The position numbers and the translations under genes are program-made. The notes beneath the pieces are model-generated. The model saw only the letters and a program-made list of their open reading frames with translations. It had not been told where the DNA came from and made no database searches. This document shows, piece after piece, positions 31,543 through 41,417 of a DNA stretch of 64,000 bases. Within the stretch, counting starts at the first letter, position 1. The number at the start of each line of letters is the position of its first letter. The stretch is from positions 186,001 through 250,000 of IMG/VR virus record IMGVR_UViG_3300028735_000003; one strand, 5' to 3'.

Positions 31543-33666
31543 TCACTTCTTAAATATATAAATATATTCATTCTTATCTATTCCAGCAGATTTATTTAAA
31601 TGACTCCTTATAGTTCTTAACGAAACCAAATCAATCGGCTCACCAAATTTATCTATTGCCATTTGTAACATCTTATGATAATTTTTTACATTAAGCCCAA
31701 ATAATTTATTTGGTTTTAACATATATTTAATATTATTAAGCGTATTCTCCCAATAAACATTATAAAAATAATCTTGCCCATTATTATATGCTTGAGTTAA
31801 ATCTGAAGAATAATATTCTTGATTAAAATAAGGCGGGCTACTAAAACTAAAATCCACTGTATTTTCATTTAATCTCACATTTTCAGAACCAGATTTAATA
31901 AGTTGTATATTCTTTAATCCTAAAGTATCTGACATTACTTGCAATTCATCAGTTGTTAATGGGTCTACACCAATATATTTCCTATTACAACTGGCTGCCC
32001 CTAGCATTCTTCCTCCCCATCCAGCAGAATAATCATATATAGTATCACCAACTTCACTATATTTCATACACAAATATTTTGCTATATATGGTTTAAAAAT
32101 AGATATGCTTGGCACCAAACGTGAAGAACGCATTCCTTGTATCAACATTCGGAAAGAAATATTAAAAGTTTCTTTATTTTCAGTGCCATACCAATCAAGA
32201 CCCAATCTATTACGTATTAATCGTTTTAATTTAAAATCATCATTAAATATTTCAATCATTGTTGGACAGTCTTTTTCTGTTGCATCATAAAACTTATGAC
32301 AGAAATACTTACAAACATCGGTTGCCAAAGAACCATTATTAAATAATTCATTACTTGATAAATCAGGAACAGTGTTACATAATTTTTCCCAACTTTTATT
32401 TACTTTATCAAAATTATCTGGATATAACCATCCTTGTCTTCGAAAATGTTCAAAAATTGGTTCTATTAAATTTTCCCTTTCATTTCTATTAAGAGTTTTT
32501 ACATATTGTGCAGTAATTAGTTGCCCATTAACCTCTACAATCTTATCATATAAATATTGATAACAATGTTTTAGATAAAAATGTTTTATTTTAGTTACAG
32601 TTCTTGGATGAATGTTATGATTATCAGATATTTGTTTAATAGTATTACCAATAGAAATTTCATTAATAATACTATTTTTTTCTGTCTCTGATACTTTATA
32701 CTCTTTTCTAATAAAAGTCCTTGAATTTTGATGATTAACTAATTCAAGATATTTTTCATATTTCCTTGTTAACCGAATATCTTCATTAGAATTTAAATAC
32801 AACCAATCCATTATTTTTAATATTTTTTCATTTCCGCTTTGTTCTAATTCATAGGTATTATTATTAGTTTTTGATATACTATGAAAATTAACTATAAACC
32901 CTAAATTTGATAATATTATTTTTTGAATAGCGCCACAACATTCATTTGTTGAAACCAAACTCCATTTCCATTCTTTAGAATTTTCCCTATACGAAAGACT
33001 ACCATCACCATCAAACATACCCCTAATAAAGTGTTGATCTAGATTGGTATTTAACCATGCAGGGTATTGTATAATAAAACTTTTAGCACGAGGGCAACCA
33101 TGTTCTATCATTTTTTGACAAACATGTTTGCTATACATTTTTACAGAACAAGATGGATATGTTTTGTCATTTATATTTGATAAATATCTGATAATCTTAG
33201 ATGTTGGCAAATCAATAAAATTACACAATTTTACCAAATGATTATAGTCTTCATCTTTTAACGATAAAGAAAATGTATTAATTTTGTCTGAATTATAAGC
33301 ATCAGCATAAAAAAATCCTAGCCAATAAGCTTTTTCTTTAGTATCAATAACATCAAATATATGTTCATTAAATCTTGTAAATCTCAATGCTTCTAATTTA
33401 TCTCTTAACAGCCCTCGTTCTTCGACCCATTTTTGTATTCTTCTTTTATCTATAGAAAACTTTATACCTAAAGACTTTGCTGATAATCCTTGTTCATATA
33501 AATAGCATATACGATCTATTTTATCTTCATTAAAATCTTCTTTAATAAGTTGCCATTTATTATTTTTTACAACTTCTCTAACATCTTTTTCTGGTAATTG
33601 CAATAATACTGCAATTCTTTTTATTGCAAATCCATCTTCTATCATTTCTTTAATTTTTTCATTCAT
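31543..33666 (-). CDS. HTH-LAGLIDADG endonuclease fused to amino-DNA methyltransferase
   Basis: KAYWLGFFYADA and HFIRGMFDGDG LAGLIDADG motifs; C-terminal IYDYSAGWGGRMLGA (SAM-binding) and FSSPPYFNQEYY (catalytic SPPY). Confidence 0.8.
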   Translation of the reverse strand: MNEKIKEMIEDGFAIKRIAVLLQLPEKDVREVVKNNKWQLIKEDFNEDKIDRICYLYEQGLSAKSLGIKFSIDKRRIQKWVEERGLLRDKLEALRFTRFNEHIFDVIDTKEKAYWLGFFYADAYNSDKINTFSLSLKDEDYNHLVKLCNFIDLPTSKIIRYLSNINDKTYPSCSVKMYSKHVCQKMIEHGCPRAKSFIIQYPAWLNTNLDQHFIRGMFDGDGSLSYRENSKEWKWSLVSTNECCGAIQKIILSNLGFIVNFHSISKTNNNTYELEQSGNEKILKIMDWLYLNSNEDIRLTRKYEKYLELVNHQNSRTFIRKEYKVSETEKNSIINEISIGNTIKQISDNHNIHPRTVTKIKHFYLKHCYQYLYDKIVEVNGQLITAQYVKTLNRNERENLIEPIFEHFRRQGWLYPDNFDKVNKSWEKLCNTVPDLSSNELFNNGSLATDVCKYFCHKFYDATEKDCPTMIEIFNDDFKLKRLIRNRLGLDWYGTENKETFNISFRMLIQGMRSSRLVPSISIFKPYIAKYLCMKYSEVGDTIYDYSAGWGGRMLGAASCNRKYIGVDPLTTDELQVMSDTLGLKNIQLIKSGSENVRLNENTVDFSFSSPPYFNQEYYSSDLTQAYNNGQDYFYNVYWENTLNNIKYMLKPNKLFGLNVKNYHKMLQMAIDKFGEPIDLVSLRTIRSHLNKSAGIDKNEYIYIFKK

Positions 33667-33727
33667 TTGTGCAGCCTCGCAAAACAATATAACATCATAT
33701 TAATAGATTGTCCTGGTTCACATGCAC

Positions 33728-33760
33728 AAAAAGAAAAGCCACTGTTACAGTGGCTTTTCT
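33728..33760 (-). terminator. Rho-independent terminator after major capsid gene
   Basis: Perfect stem AGAAAAGCCACTG-tta-CAGTGGCTTTTCT (33732-33760) followed by a T-run on the minus strand. Confidence 0.85.
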
Positions 33761-33794
33761 AGAAATTACTTAGCGCACTAAGTAGTTGATATTA

Positions 33795-34528
33795 TTAGGC
33801 TCCGACAACAACTGATTTACGTCCTGCAGCGACACCACGTGGGTTGACGATTGCAATTCCGATTATTTCAGATACTACCCAGCCAAGCTTAAGTTGTTTT
33901 GGCTCATCGGCTGGTAGAACTTCAATGTCTTGGCGAATTGGCATAACACCAACGAACTCAGGGTCTGCGGTACCATAGATGGTTCCTGGAGGAACGATCT
34001 TGGAAACCATAATATCAGTTCCCCAAATGTGGGCGTATAGACCAGTTTGTAGAACTTCTCTCATTGTTACAGGATCGAAGTCTCCACCACCTGTACCTTG
34101 ACCACCACCGGATCCCCACTTAAGGATATCAGTGAACTCATTAATGTTCATGAAATACTTGGTTGTTACCAAGTCCCAGCGGTCGATCTGTTGCTTAATC
34201 TCAACAAGGTCTCTCTTCAAAAGACCTGCGTCAGCTATGTCAGTCAATGTATTTTCAACAGAAGCTGCTGCATCTAATGCTGCGAATACGTTTGCATCTT
34301 CTTGTGCCATTATTTCCTGGCGAGCCTTTTGGACTGCACGGTCAATGACATTGAATCTGCGACGTTTTACTTCAGCGATGCGGACGGTTGGGTTTGCGTA
34401 AATCTCAAACTCAGGAACTACAACACGATCACCGAACACACGGGATTCTGGTCCTGTACCATTGCTTGAAATAACAACGGCTGCTACATCGATATCTCTA
34501 TCGTATGTTGGCATAGCACCTTGGGGTA
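33795..34528 (-). CDS. Major capsid protein, exon 2
   Basis: HK97-fold-like: PEFEI..NP, RFNVIDRA...EIMAQED, ends IAIVNPRGVA. Joins exon 1 to give VVDPLPQGAMPTYDRD; 337 aa in total. Confidence 0.9.
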
Positions 34529-35589
34529 CAAGGTTTGTGTTAAGATCAATTTACATTGATCTGATAAGTCATTTCTGCTTATCTCTCCATATCTCTATGA
34601 AGTTCAGACTGTATCACCATTATCTTGCGATAACGATTGGCATTCTAGTCGTTGAGGATCGGCATACAATTTGTATTTCATACATTCAACAAAATATTCT
34701 TCCACTAATTTACTTGTTTTTAATGTATTTTCTTTGTTTAATGATAAGTAACAATATTCTTTGTTGTTTCTAACAAATTTACAAACCTTACTTCTAATAT
34801 CAAATGAAGCTTTTAACATATTTTGCAGTTTTATATTTTCCATTTCTGAAAAACCTTCTGTATGTAGCCTCAAATTAATATTATTTTTTGTTATATTGTT
34901 GCTTCCATCATCCATTATCCAAAAAGCCAAAGATCTTAATGAGAGATAATTTACTAATTCATCTCTGATTATTTTCTTATTATTTTCATAAAATAAGTCA
35001 TAAAAGAATTTAAATTCATTATGAGTTACCGTATTAAAGGTATACATTATTGAATTTTTTCTTTTATCTTTTCTAATATTGATATTATTTACAAAATTAC
35101 CTAAAACTGCTTTTTTGTAAAAAACTAAGTCTTTTTGTTTTTCACAATGCGAGATAATTAATCTATATGTTTTTTTATTTCTGCCATGTGGTGCGATACA
35201 TCCATCACCAAGAAGCGTCCCAATAACCATTTCACGTTGTTCTTTAGCTAACGGGATTCGTTTGATTATTTCAAATTTTCTTTGCTTTGGATTTTTATCG
35301 ATATTATAAAGCTTTAAATATCTAACTACAGTACTTTTATTTACTTGTAAGATATCTGCTATTTCATAAGCTGTTTTTCTTTTTTTAACATATAGCTCTT
35401 GTAAAATATCTCTATCTAAATCTTTGCTTTTCATTCTGCCTTTCCTGCTGATTGTCTATGTCATCTTTAAATTTTCACTTTATTTGTTTGTAAACCAGCT
35501 ACGGTGCTTGGTTTGTATGATCATAAAGTATTAAAGCGTTTAGAGTTCCCAGCATACAGCCAATTTTTACATCCGCTACCCTTAATTTA
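34529..35589 (-). ncRNA. Group I intron (1061 nt) in major capsid gene
   Basis: Exon 1 ends in U (GAUCCGU); intron IGS GGGUAGCGGAU pairs with exon 1 (P1, U.G) and exon 2 UACCC (P10). Core elements UGCUGGGAA, AAUCAGCAGG, UCAACGACUA, GAUACAGUC; terminal G at 34529; splicing restores the frame. Confidence 0.93.
34604..35434 (-). CDS. Intron-encoded LAGLIDADG homing endonuclease with N-terminal HTH
   Basis: IGTLLGDG and LAFWIMDDGS motifs intact; 3' end overlaps the intron core. Confidence 0.9.
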   Translation of the reverse strand: MKSKDLDRDILQELYVKKRKTAYEIADILQVNKSTVVRYLKLYNIDKNPKQRKFEIIKRIPLAKEQREMVIGTLLGDGCIAPHGRNKKTYRLIISHCEKQKDLVFYKKAVLGNFVNNINIRKDKRKNSIMYTFNTVTHNEFKFFYDLFYENNKKIIRDELVNYLSLRSLAFWIMDDGSNNITKNNINLRLHTEGFSEMENIKLQNMLKASFDIRSKVCKFVRNNKEYCYLSLNKENTLKTSKLVEEYFVECMKYKLYADPQRLECQSLSQDNGDTV

Positions 35590-35869
35590 ACGGATCAACT
35601 ACCAATGCTCTACGTGCGATACCGTGGTAGTCTAAGTTTCTACGAATTGGGTTTGCCATAGCCTGAGCTAATGCAATCTTTCCGTCTTGTGTCATAATAG
35701 CACGAGAAATAAGCTCGTCACGTTTTTCGTCGCTAAGAGCCACTTGTCCTGCCATTCCAATATTAGATGGTTGATTCTCTTCAAGAATAGCTGCATACTT
35801 TACTAAAGTCTGCAACGCATCCTTTAAAGATGAGGCGTTCATTGCGCCTTGATTGTTAAACATATTCAT
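35590..35869 (-). CDS. Major capsid protein, exon 1
   Basis: AGGAG RBS; LAQAMANPIRRNLDY.GIARRALVVDP, continued by exon 2. Confidence 0.9.
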
Positions 35870-36002
35870 GGTTTCTCCTATAGGAATTATTTGCCAGTTT
35901 TACCAGCTTTATTGTTATGATTTGAATGGATGAGGGATTCCGTTTTAGGGATTTAGATTTTCATCTGTCCATTCCCTCGACAGACTTAAATTATTTAATA
36001 AA

Positions 36003-36668
36003 TTAGTACTGTGGATTGAAGTGGAATACTGCGAAAGCGTAGTTTCTTGTTCCAAGTGCTGAAGCCAAGTAGTTTGGAGTATTTACCAAAGATCCATTGG
36101 TTTCGAAGCTTACGAAGTGACCAACTACCACTGTGTTACCTGCTGCTGCGGTACTTCCAACTGGAGTCAAACGACCACCAACTGTTGAGCTGGCTGGAAC
36201 GAATGTTAGTGCAGTACCTGTGTTAAGAGAGGCATTTGAAGAAACTAGACCGTCTGCTGCTTGGTCACATGCGCCGTCTAGAGATACTGCATAAAGTCCT
36301 GGCTTGTCCCATAAAGTTACCTTGCCAGAGCTTGTTGCCGTGTGTGGTCCTAGTTTTGTACCACCAGTTGATACTTGACCAACAGTTCCACCGACTACTG
36401 ATCCGAACAAAGTTCCGTATCCTATAATACCTTCGTCTGCTAACATCAACGGACGATCAGTGGTTGCAACGTTACGAGTAACAACAACTCTCTTCAATGA
36501 ATTAACATATCCATCAAATACGTCAAAAGCTGCCTTGTCTGTTGCTGCTGTCGCCAAAATTGACTTGAAAGTAACGACCTCGCCACCCATAAGGGTTAAT
36601 ACTTCCGTATCAAGTCCATCGAATTGACCTAATGGTTGAACACCTGGTTGTAAAAGTTTTAGAGCCAT
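36003..36668 (-). CDS. Putative capsid decoration/cement protein
   Basis: Immediately upstream of capsid; T.SSGKVTLW..PG motif; similar to 44094-44783. Confidence 0.6.
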   Translation of the reverse strand: MALKLLQPGVQPLGQFDGLDTEVLTLMGGEVVTFKSILATAATDKAAFDVFDGYVNSLKRVVVTRNVATTDRPLMLADEGIIGYGTLFGSVVGGTVGQVSTGGTKLGPHTATSSGKVTLWDKPGLYAVSLDGACDQAADGLVSSNASLNTGTALTFVPASSTVGGRLTPVGSTAAAGNTVVVGHFVSFETNGSLVNTPNYLASALGTRNYAFAVFHFNPQY

Positions 36669-37195
36669 TTTGTTTTCCTATTAATCTATAATGCCGTAAT
36701 ATTAAATCGGCATCGTTGCTTACACCTTTATACTTACTTAATATCTTACATATTTTTTTATGCATAGAATAATACACTATTTAGTTAGAAAATTTTGTAT
36801 TGAAAGCCAATGAAACTATGTTGCTTATGATTAAAACGACATATGTAATTGCAAAATCTTTAACTTCTAGTTGTACTCTTAAATATAAAATCTATATATA
36901 TTATATATCTCATAATATTATCGATGCAACATGCAAACCACGCAACTAAAATAGTATGAATATATTAGAGATATATGATGTATTTATTGATCTTATGACA
37001 AGAAACAATCAGACTCATGCTGGTTAATAAAGTACTACCAAGAATATTCACAATAACTTCATCTCTATTACTACTAAAAATCAGAAGGCAGAGCAGGTTT
37101 TATATCAATCAGCCAAATGTCTCGGGAAAACAAAGATAGATACAGATATAGAGACAGAGACAAGCTATCAACCTTATACTGGCTCACACATAGAA

Positions 37196-38578
37196 TTAAT
37201 GTATTCCAATACTATTAAGGTCTTCTTCTAGTTGCCTTGCCATCTCATCCACTTCCTCTGTTCCTCTCCTGGTTTTATGAGTGGAGGGTTGAGCCTTTGG
37301 TTTCGGAGACTCCGGTGAAAAATATGGAGTTGGTGTTTCTGGTCTCGAAGGCTGTGGTGAAAAATATGAAGTTGGTGCTTCTGGTTCCGAAGACTCCGGT
37401 GAAAAATATGGAGTTGATGTTTCTGGTTTCGAAGGCTGCGGTAAAATTTCACTTCTTTTTAAAACTGCCTCTTGCATTCGTTGCCGCGCATTTTCTGCTA
37501 AACTTTGGGATTTAGATAATATATTCAAAATCTCTTGAATTGATTTCTTATATGGAGTGAGGGCTCTCATCACGTCATCAAAATCATCAGCAACTAAACC
37601 ACCATCGCCATGCAAAAATCGAACTCTATCTATCAAATCGTTAATTACTCCCTTTTCCTCTGTTTGTTCAGACTTATATGTTTTTGATCTAAAATTATCA
37701 ATAACCTGTTCAATAGCTGGTAATATTTCTTCTGCTTCCTTAGCAAACATTCGATATGCATTAACTATTGTATCTCCAGGTTGAGATTTGGCTAATTCAA
37801 CTAATTCGCTAGCTGTTCTTGGTTTTTGTAATTCGTTAATAATTGGAAGTACCCGTTGATACGTATTAAAAAAATTCATTAATAATTGTCTGAAATTACG
37901 CATTTGATTCAAAAAATTTTGACTATATGTATTACCAATAAAAAAGCCAGCATTATCATCTAATAAATCATCAATTTCCGCAATTAATTTTTGATGATTC
38001 TTAGTAAAGCCTTCATCAGTAAATGGAAGATGTTGTTGTAAATATACAGCGCCCAAGATCACAGCTACACCAATTAAAATGGGAGTTGCTAATACTGCTG
38101 GTGCTATAGCTTTTTTTGTTATTGTTGTGGCTTGCTCTAAGCATACATCTGCTAAAACACGCAATTTTTCTTTATGTTTATTATCTAAATCATTACCAAT
38201 TCGAACTAAAGATAACAATAGTTGTTGCTCTGCATATTTTCTTTGAGTCAAATGACCATTAGGCGTCTTTTGTACTATATGTCTCAAAATATTTTGTCTC
38301 TCATTTATGTTTTCTACAAGACCATTTAATTTATCATATGAAGGAGAAATAACTACTGGATTTTTGTGTGCATCTTCTATAATATTTCTCTTATACTTCA
38401 TTCCGCTAGGTGCATCTGGTTTTACACCATATAATGCTTCAATAGCAGAAATATCAAGAGAATCCATTCTAGGATTAATCTCCAATTTCTTTTTAATTTC
38501 CTTCGGTGTAGACTTGGAAATTAAGCCATTTTCTTGCGCTATTTTAGCAAATTCATCAAAAATTTCGCTATGTCTCAT
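37196..38578 (-). CDS. Putative head-internal protein with one hydrophobic segment and C-terminal PYFSP repeats
   Basis: KxA motifs (AKIA, RKYA, TKKA); hydrophobic stretch right after KKA. Confidence 0.6.
   Translation of the reverse strand: MRHSEIFDEFAKIAQENGLISKSTPKEIKKKLEINPRMDSLDISAIEALYGVKPDAPSGMKYKRNIIEDAHKNPVVISPSYDKLNGLVENINERQNILRHIVQKTPNGHLTQRKYAEQQLLLSLVRIGNDLDNKHKEKLRVLADVCLEQATTITKKAIAPAVLATPILIGVAVILGAVYLQQHLPFTDEGFTKNHQKLIAEIDDLLDDNAGFFIGNTYSQNFLNQMRNFRQLLMNFFNTYQRVLPIINELQKPRTASELVELAKSQPGDTIVNAYRMFAKEAEEILPAIEQVIDNFRSKTYKSEQTEEKGVINDLIDRVRFLHGDGGLVADDFDDVMRALTPYKKSIQEILNILSKSQSLAENARQRMQEAVLKRSEILPQPSKPETSTPYFSPESSEPEAPTSYFSPQPSRPETPTPYFSPESPKPKAQPSTHKTRRGTEEVDEMARQLEEDLNSIGIH
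37305..37440. repeat. Coding tandem repeat (three ~39-nt units, P-E-T/A-x-T-x-Y-F-S-P)
   Basis: GGTGAAAAATATG occurs three times at ~39-nt spacing. Confidence 0.8.
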
Positions 38579-38627
38579 TATTTAGCTCACATTGGTAATT
38601 TATTTATATGCTTTCATATGCCATTGA

Positions 38628-39731
38628 TTACTGTACTTTTTGTGCCACATCATCAATGAATAAGTCTACAATCTGTTTTTTACTGGTAAACATTTTGGGA
38701 AGATATACTACACTAGAGCCGGTAGCTGTTCTATTAAATTGCTCAATTACTCTAACAACTTCCTGAAAAGTAGGTAATGATCGTATTAAATCCTCTAATC
38801 CATTTAGCCCAGTATATACTTCTTTAGCGAATTGAATTAACATATCGCTAATTCCAGCATAATTATTAACAAACCCTTCTGCCCAAAAAGAATCTCTAGT
38901 ATTATACTTGATATCAGAATATGCCGGATTACGTGGGAATTTAGTTTGCTTTGATACGTATACTGAAGACGGTGTTCCAATTAATGACGATGTAAATCCT
39001 CCTCCAGAAGCACCACTATCAGATGACCCTCCACCAATAAATTTATTGATAACATCACCAGCAACAATAAATCCGGCTGATGCTAAGGCTATTTTTATTA
39101 TTATTCCAAAAAATTTAATCAAGATTGAAATAATCTTTCCTTGTAATAGACCAAATGTTAACCCACCAATCCAGGATGCATTCTTTTCAAGAATACCCTC
39201 TTGAAATTCAATTATAGCTAATTTAACTAGTCTTACATCACGCATTTGTTGTTTTACGTCGTAAGAACCAGATTTATTTCTTCGAATTCTATCCAGAGCT
39301 GCCCTTTCATCATCATCAGTTACAGGTTCTGAATTTGATTTTACAGCATTGCTCACAATATCATCAATATTTTGTGACGTTGTTGGAAACCCACTAGAAA
39401 TAATTCCTTTAACGGATTCATAAATTGACATCAACAAGCCCCCAACATTTACTTTAAATACTTGTTGCGCTAACGCTAATAATCCGCCAATCCATGGATG
39501 ACCTAACGTAGAAAAAAGAACACTTATTGCTCCTGGAGATATTAAGTTAATTACGCTTTCTGCTTTGTTATCTGGATCTATCTTAGAAGCAAAATAGTCT
39601 TTAATCTTTGTCATCAAAGACATAACATTTCCACCAATGCCAGCTTCTTTAATTAAATATGTATTATCGACCAATGATTCTACAATCATCATGTCAACAT
39701 ATAGTTTTATTTCGCTATCATTAATGGACAT
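38628..39731 (-). CDS. Putative head-internal membrane-interacting protein
   Basis: IKEA, VKLA, EKNA motifs; long hydrophobic segments after KNA. Confidence 0.55.
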   Translation of the reverse strand: MSINDSEIKLYVDMMIVESLVDNTYLIKEAGIGGNVMSLMTKIKDYFASKIDPDNKAESVINLISPGAISVLFSTLGHPWIGGLLALAQQVFKVNVGGLLMSIYESVKGIISSGFPTTSQNIDDIVSNAVKSNSEPVTDDDERAALDRIRRNKSGSYDVKQQMRDVRLVKLAIIEFQEGILEKNASWIGGLTFGLLQGKIISILIKFFGIIIKIALASAGFIVAGDVINKFIGGGSSDSGASGGGFTSSLIGTPSSVYVSKQTKFPRNPAYSDIKYNTRDSFWAEGFVNNYAGISDMLIQFAKEVYTGLNGLEDLIRSLPTFQEVVRVIEQFNRTATGSSVVYLPKMFTSKKQIVDLFIDDVAQKVQ

Positions 39732-39739
39732 TATAACCC

Positions 39740-41410
39740 TTATTTATTACGAAGTTTTTTTTCTGTAGCAAGCTCCCATTGATATATTAATTGCCCGTTA
39801 CGTTGTGTGAAATAAGACTGTTGATCAATATTATTTTTATATTTTTTGTTGATATCAATAATGTACCCATATGTTGAATATAGCGTGTTAATTACACTGG
39901 ATGTAGTAGATATTAACGAAAACAAATTCTCACAAAAAGCCATCATGTGACTAAAGCCTTTTTTTAATTTGTAAGAAACTATTTCAGCATTGTCGGTTAG
40001 GTTAATTCTTGTATATGGAATATTCATTATTTGATTTTGTATTGTATCAATAATCCTGCTAGCCTTATCATAAGAAAGCCTGTCCACGTTTGTACTATAT
40101 ACACTTGTATCAAACTTAGCGTAATCTTCCAGGAATTGTTCAATCTTAGTGAAATCGATTGCAGTTTCTTCTAGCGGCAAATGATCAAGCAACGAAGTAA
40201 GAGCCTGTGTCTGTTGAGTATTTAATCTTGTCATTCCTCCACCTGTTGCTCCAGTTGCTCCAGTTGCACTAGTTGCACCAGTTGCACCAGTTGCACTAGT
40301 TGCACCAGTTGCACCAGTTTCACCAGTTGCACCAGCATTAGTAAGTGAACAATTTTGTTGTGTTTTTGGATCTTTAATCTGAGGTCCAAATTCTTTAATT
40401 GCTTCCAAATATCTAGCTGCCATCTTACCATAATTTGGGTTTTTGTCTTCGTAGGAACTAGCCATTTGATTTAAGTAGAGAGCACGGTTATATAACACAC
40501 GAATAACTGAACAAGGGTCTCCTTTATAAGGATCCATAACGCCTATTGCCTCATAAGAATCTGGATCTGCGGCTTTATCCCAAAAAGAGCCTTGTTTTTT
40601 TTGGATTTTCATATCACGTAACCACCCAATTAGATTGCCAAGACTAGATAAATTACCAATTGTTAATTTAATTTTCATATCTCTGAAATCCGGAGCAGAC
40701 TGTACCCCAGCCATATATCTTCCATCAGCACCAGGAATAATTATATCGTCCGGGAATGCATCCACAACGAGATCTGGATTAATATCTGGTGTTGTAATAG
40801 TAGTTGTCTTAACTGGCTGTTGCTGATTTGCTGGAAGATTACGATTTAATTCGCCAATAAGACTCTTTACTGCAATTTCAAACGGTTTATTATCGTCTAC
40901 ACTGGGTACTGCTTCATCTCTAAGATATGATAAATAATTTATCAAGCCATCCTTATCAGCATAAACAATTTCCCTAGTTGGTTGATTAGTGCTATCACGA
41001 TTACTCAGATTTGCATCTAAGCTCTCAAATGACCATGCATTTTGTGGTATAGATTGTTCATTATTTAACCAAGCAATTCTTTTGCCTGCCCATTGTATTT
41101 TATTACGAGCTACCCAATCTAAAAAATGACCCAATGTACGAACATCTTCCATTTTTAAATCAACTGGAGCACTGTTGGCAGTACTTATTGGAGCCACCTT
41201 TTTATCAACGGCAGAATCTCCAAGCTGCCTTTGCATATTGGTTCCTAATGCTTTAGCTAATTCGAATATTCTAGGAAGTTCTTTTGCTTGCTGCGTTGCG
41301 GCGATAGAATTATATGGAGATGGTGAGGTCGGTTGTCTAAATTTTTTATTATAGTCAATTCCTGCTTTTATTAACGAATTAATTAATTCTTTGTCATCAA
41401 AAATAGACAT
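39740..41410 (-). CDS. Hypothetical head-cluster protein (556 aa) with ATG/ATS linker
   Basis: ATG 41410 just after the upstream stop at 41418-41420; the longer ORF call would overlap that gene. Confidence 0.65.
   Translation of the reverse strand: MSIFDDKELINSLIKAGIDYNKKFRQPTSPSPYNSIAATQQAKELPRIFELAKALGTNMQRQLGDSAVDKKVAPISTANSAPVDLKMEDVRTLGHFLDWVARNKIQWAGKRIAWLNNEQSIPQNAWSFESLDANLSNRDSTNQPTREIVYADKDGLINYLSYLRDEAVPSVDDNKPFEIAVKSLIGELNRNLPANQQQPVKTTTITTPDINPDLVVDAFPDDIIIPGADGRYMAGVQSAPDFRDMKIKLTIGNLSSLGNLIGWLRDMKIQKKQGSFWDKAADPDSYEAIGVMDPYKGDPCSVIRVLYNRALYLNQMASSYEDKNPNYGKMAARYLEAIKEFGPQIKDPKTQQNCSLTNAGATGETGATGATSATGATGATSATGATGATGGGMTRLNTQQTQALTSLLDHLPLEETAIDFTKIEQFLEDYAKFDTSVYSTNVDRLSYDKASRIIDTIQNQIMNIPYTRINLTDNAEIVSYKLKKGFSHMMAFCENLFSLISTTSSVINTLYSTYGYIIDINKKYKNNIDQQSYFTQRNGQLIYQWELATEKKLRNK
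40245..40335. repeat. 9-nt coding tandem repeat (CCAGTTGCA) encoding A-T-G/S
   Basis: Seen directly. Confidence 0.85.
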
Positions 41411-41417
41411 ATTGGTC

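Noticed and set aside
36669-37195. 527-bp gap (and 22536-22867) as possible ncRNA or pseudogene
   Set aside because: Only stop-interrupted short frames and AT-rich sequence; no structure or motif I can support.
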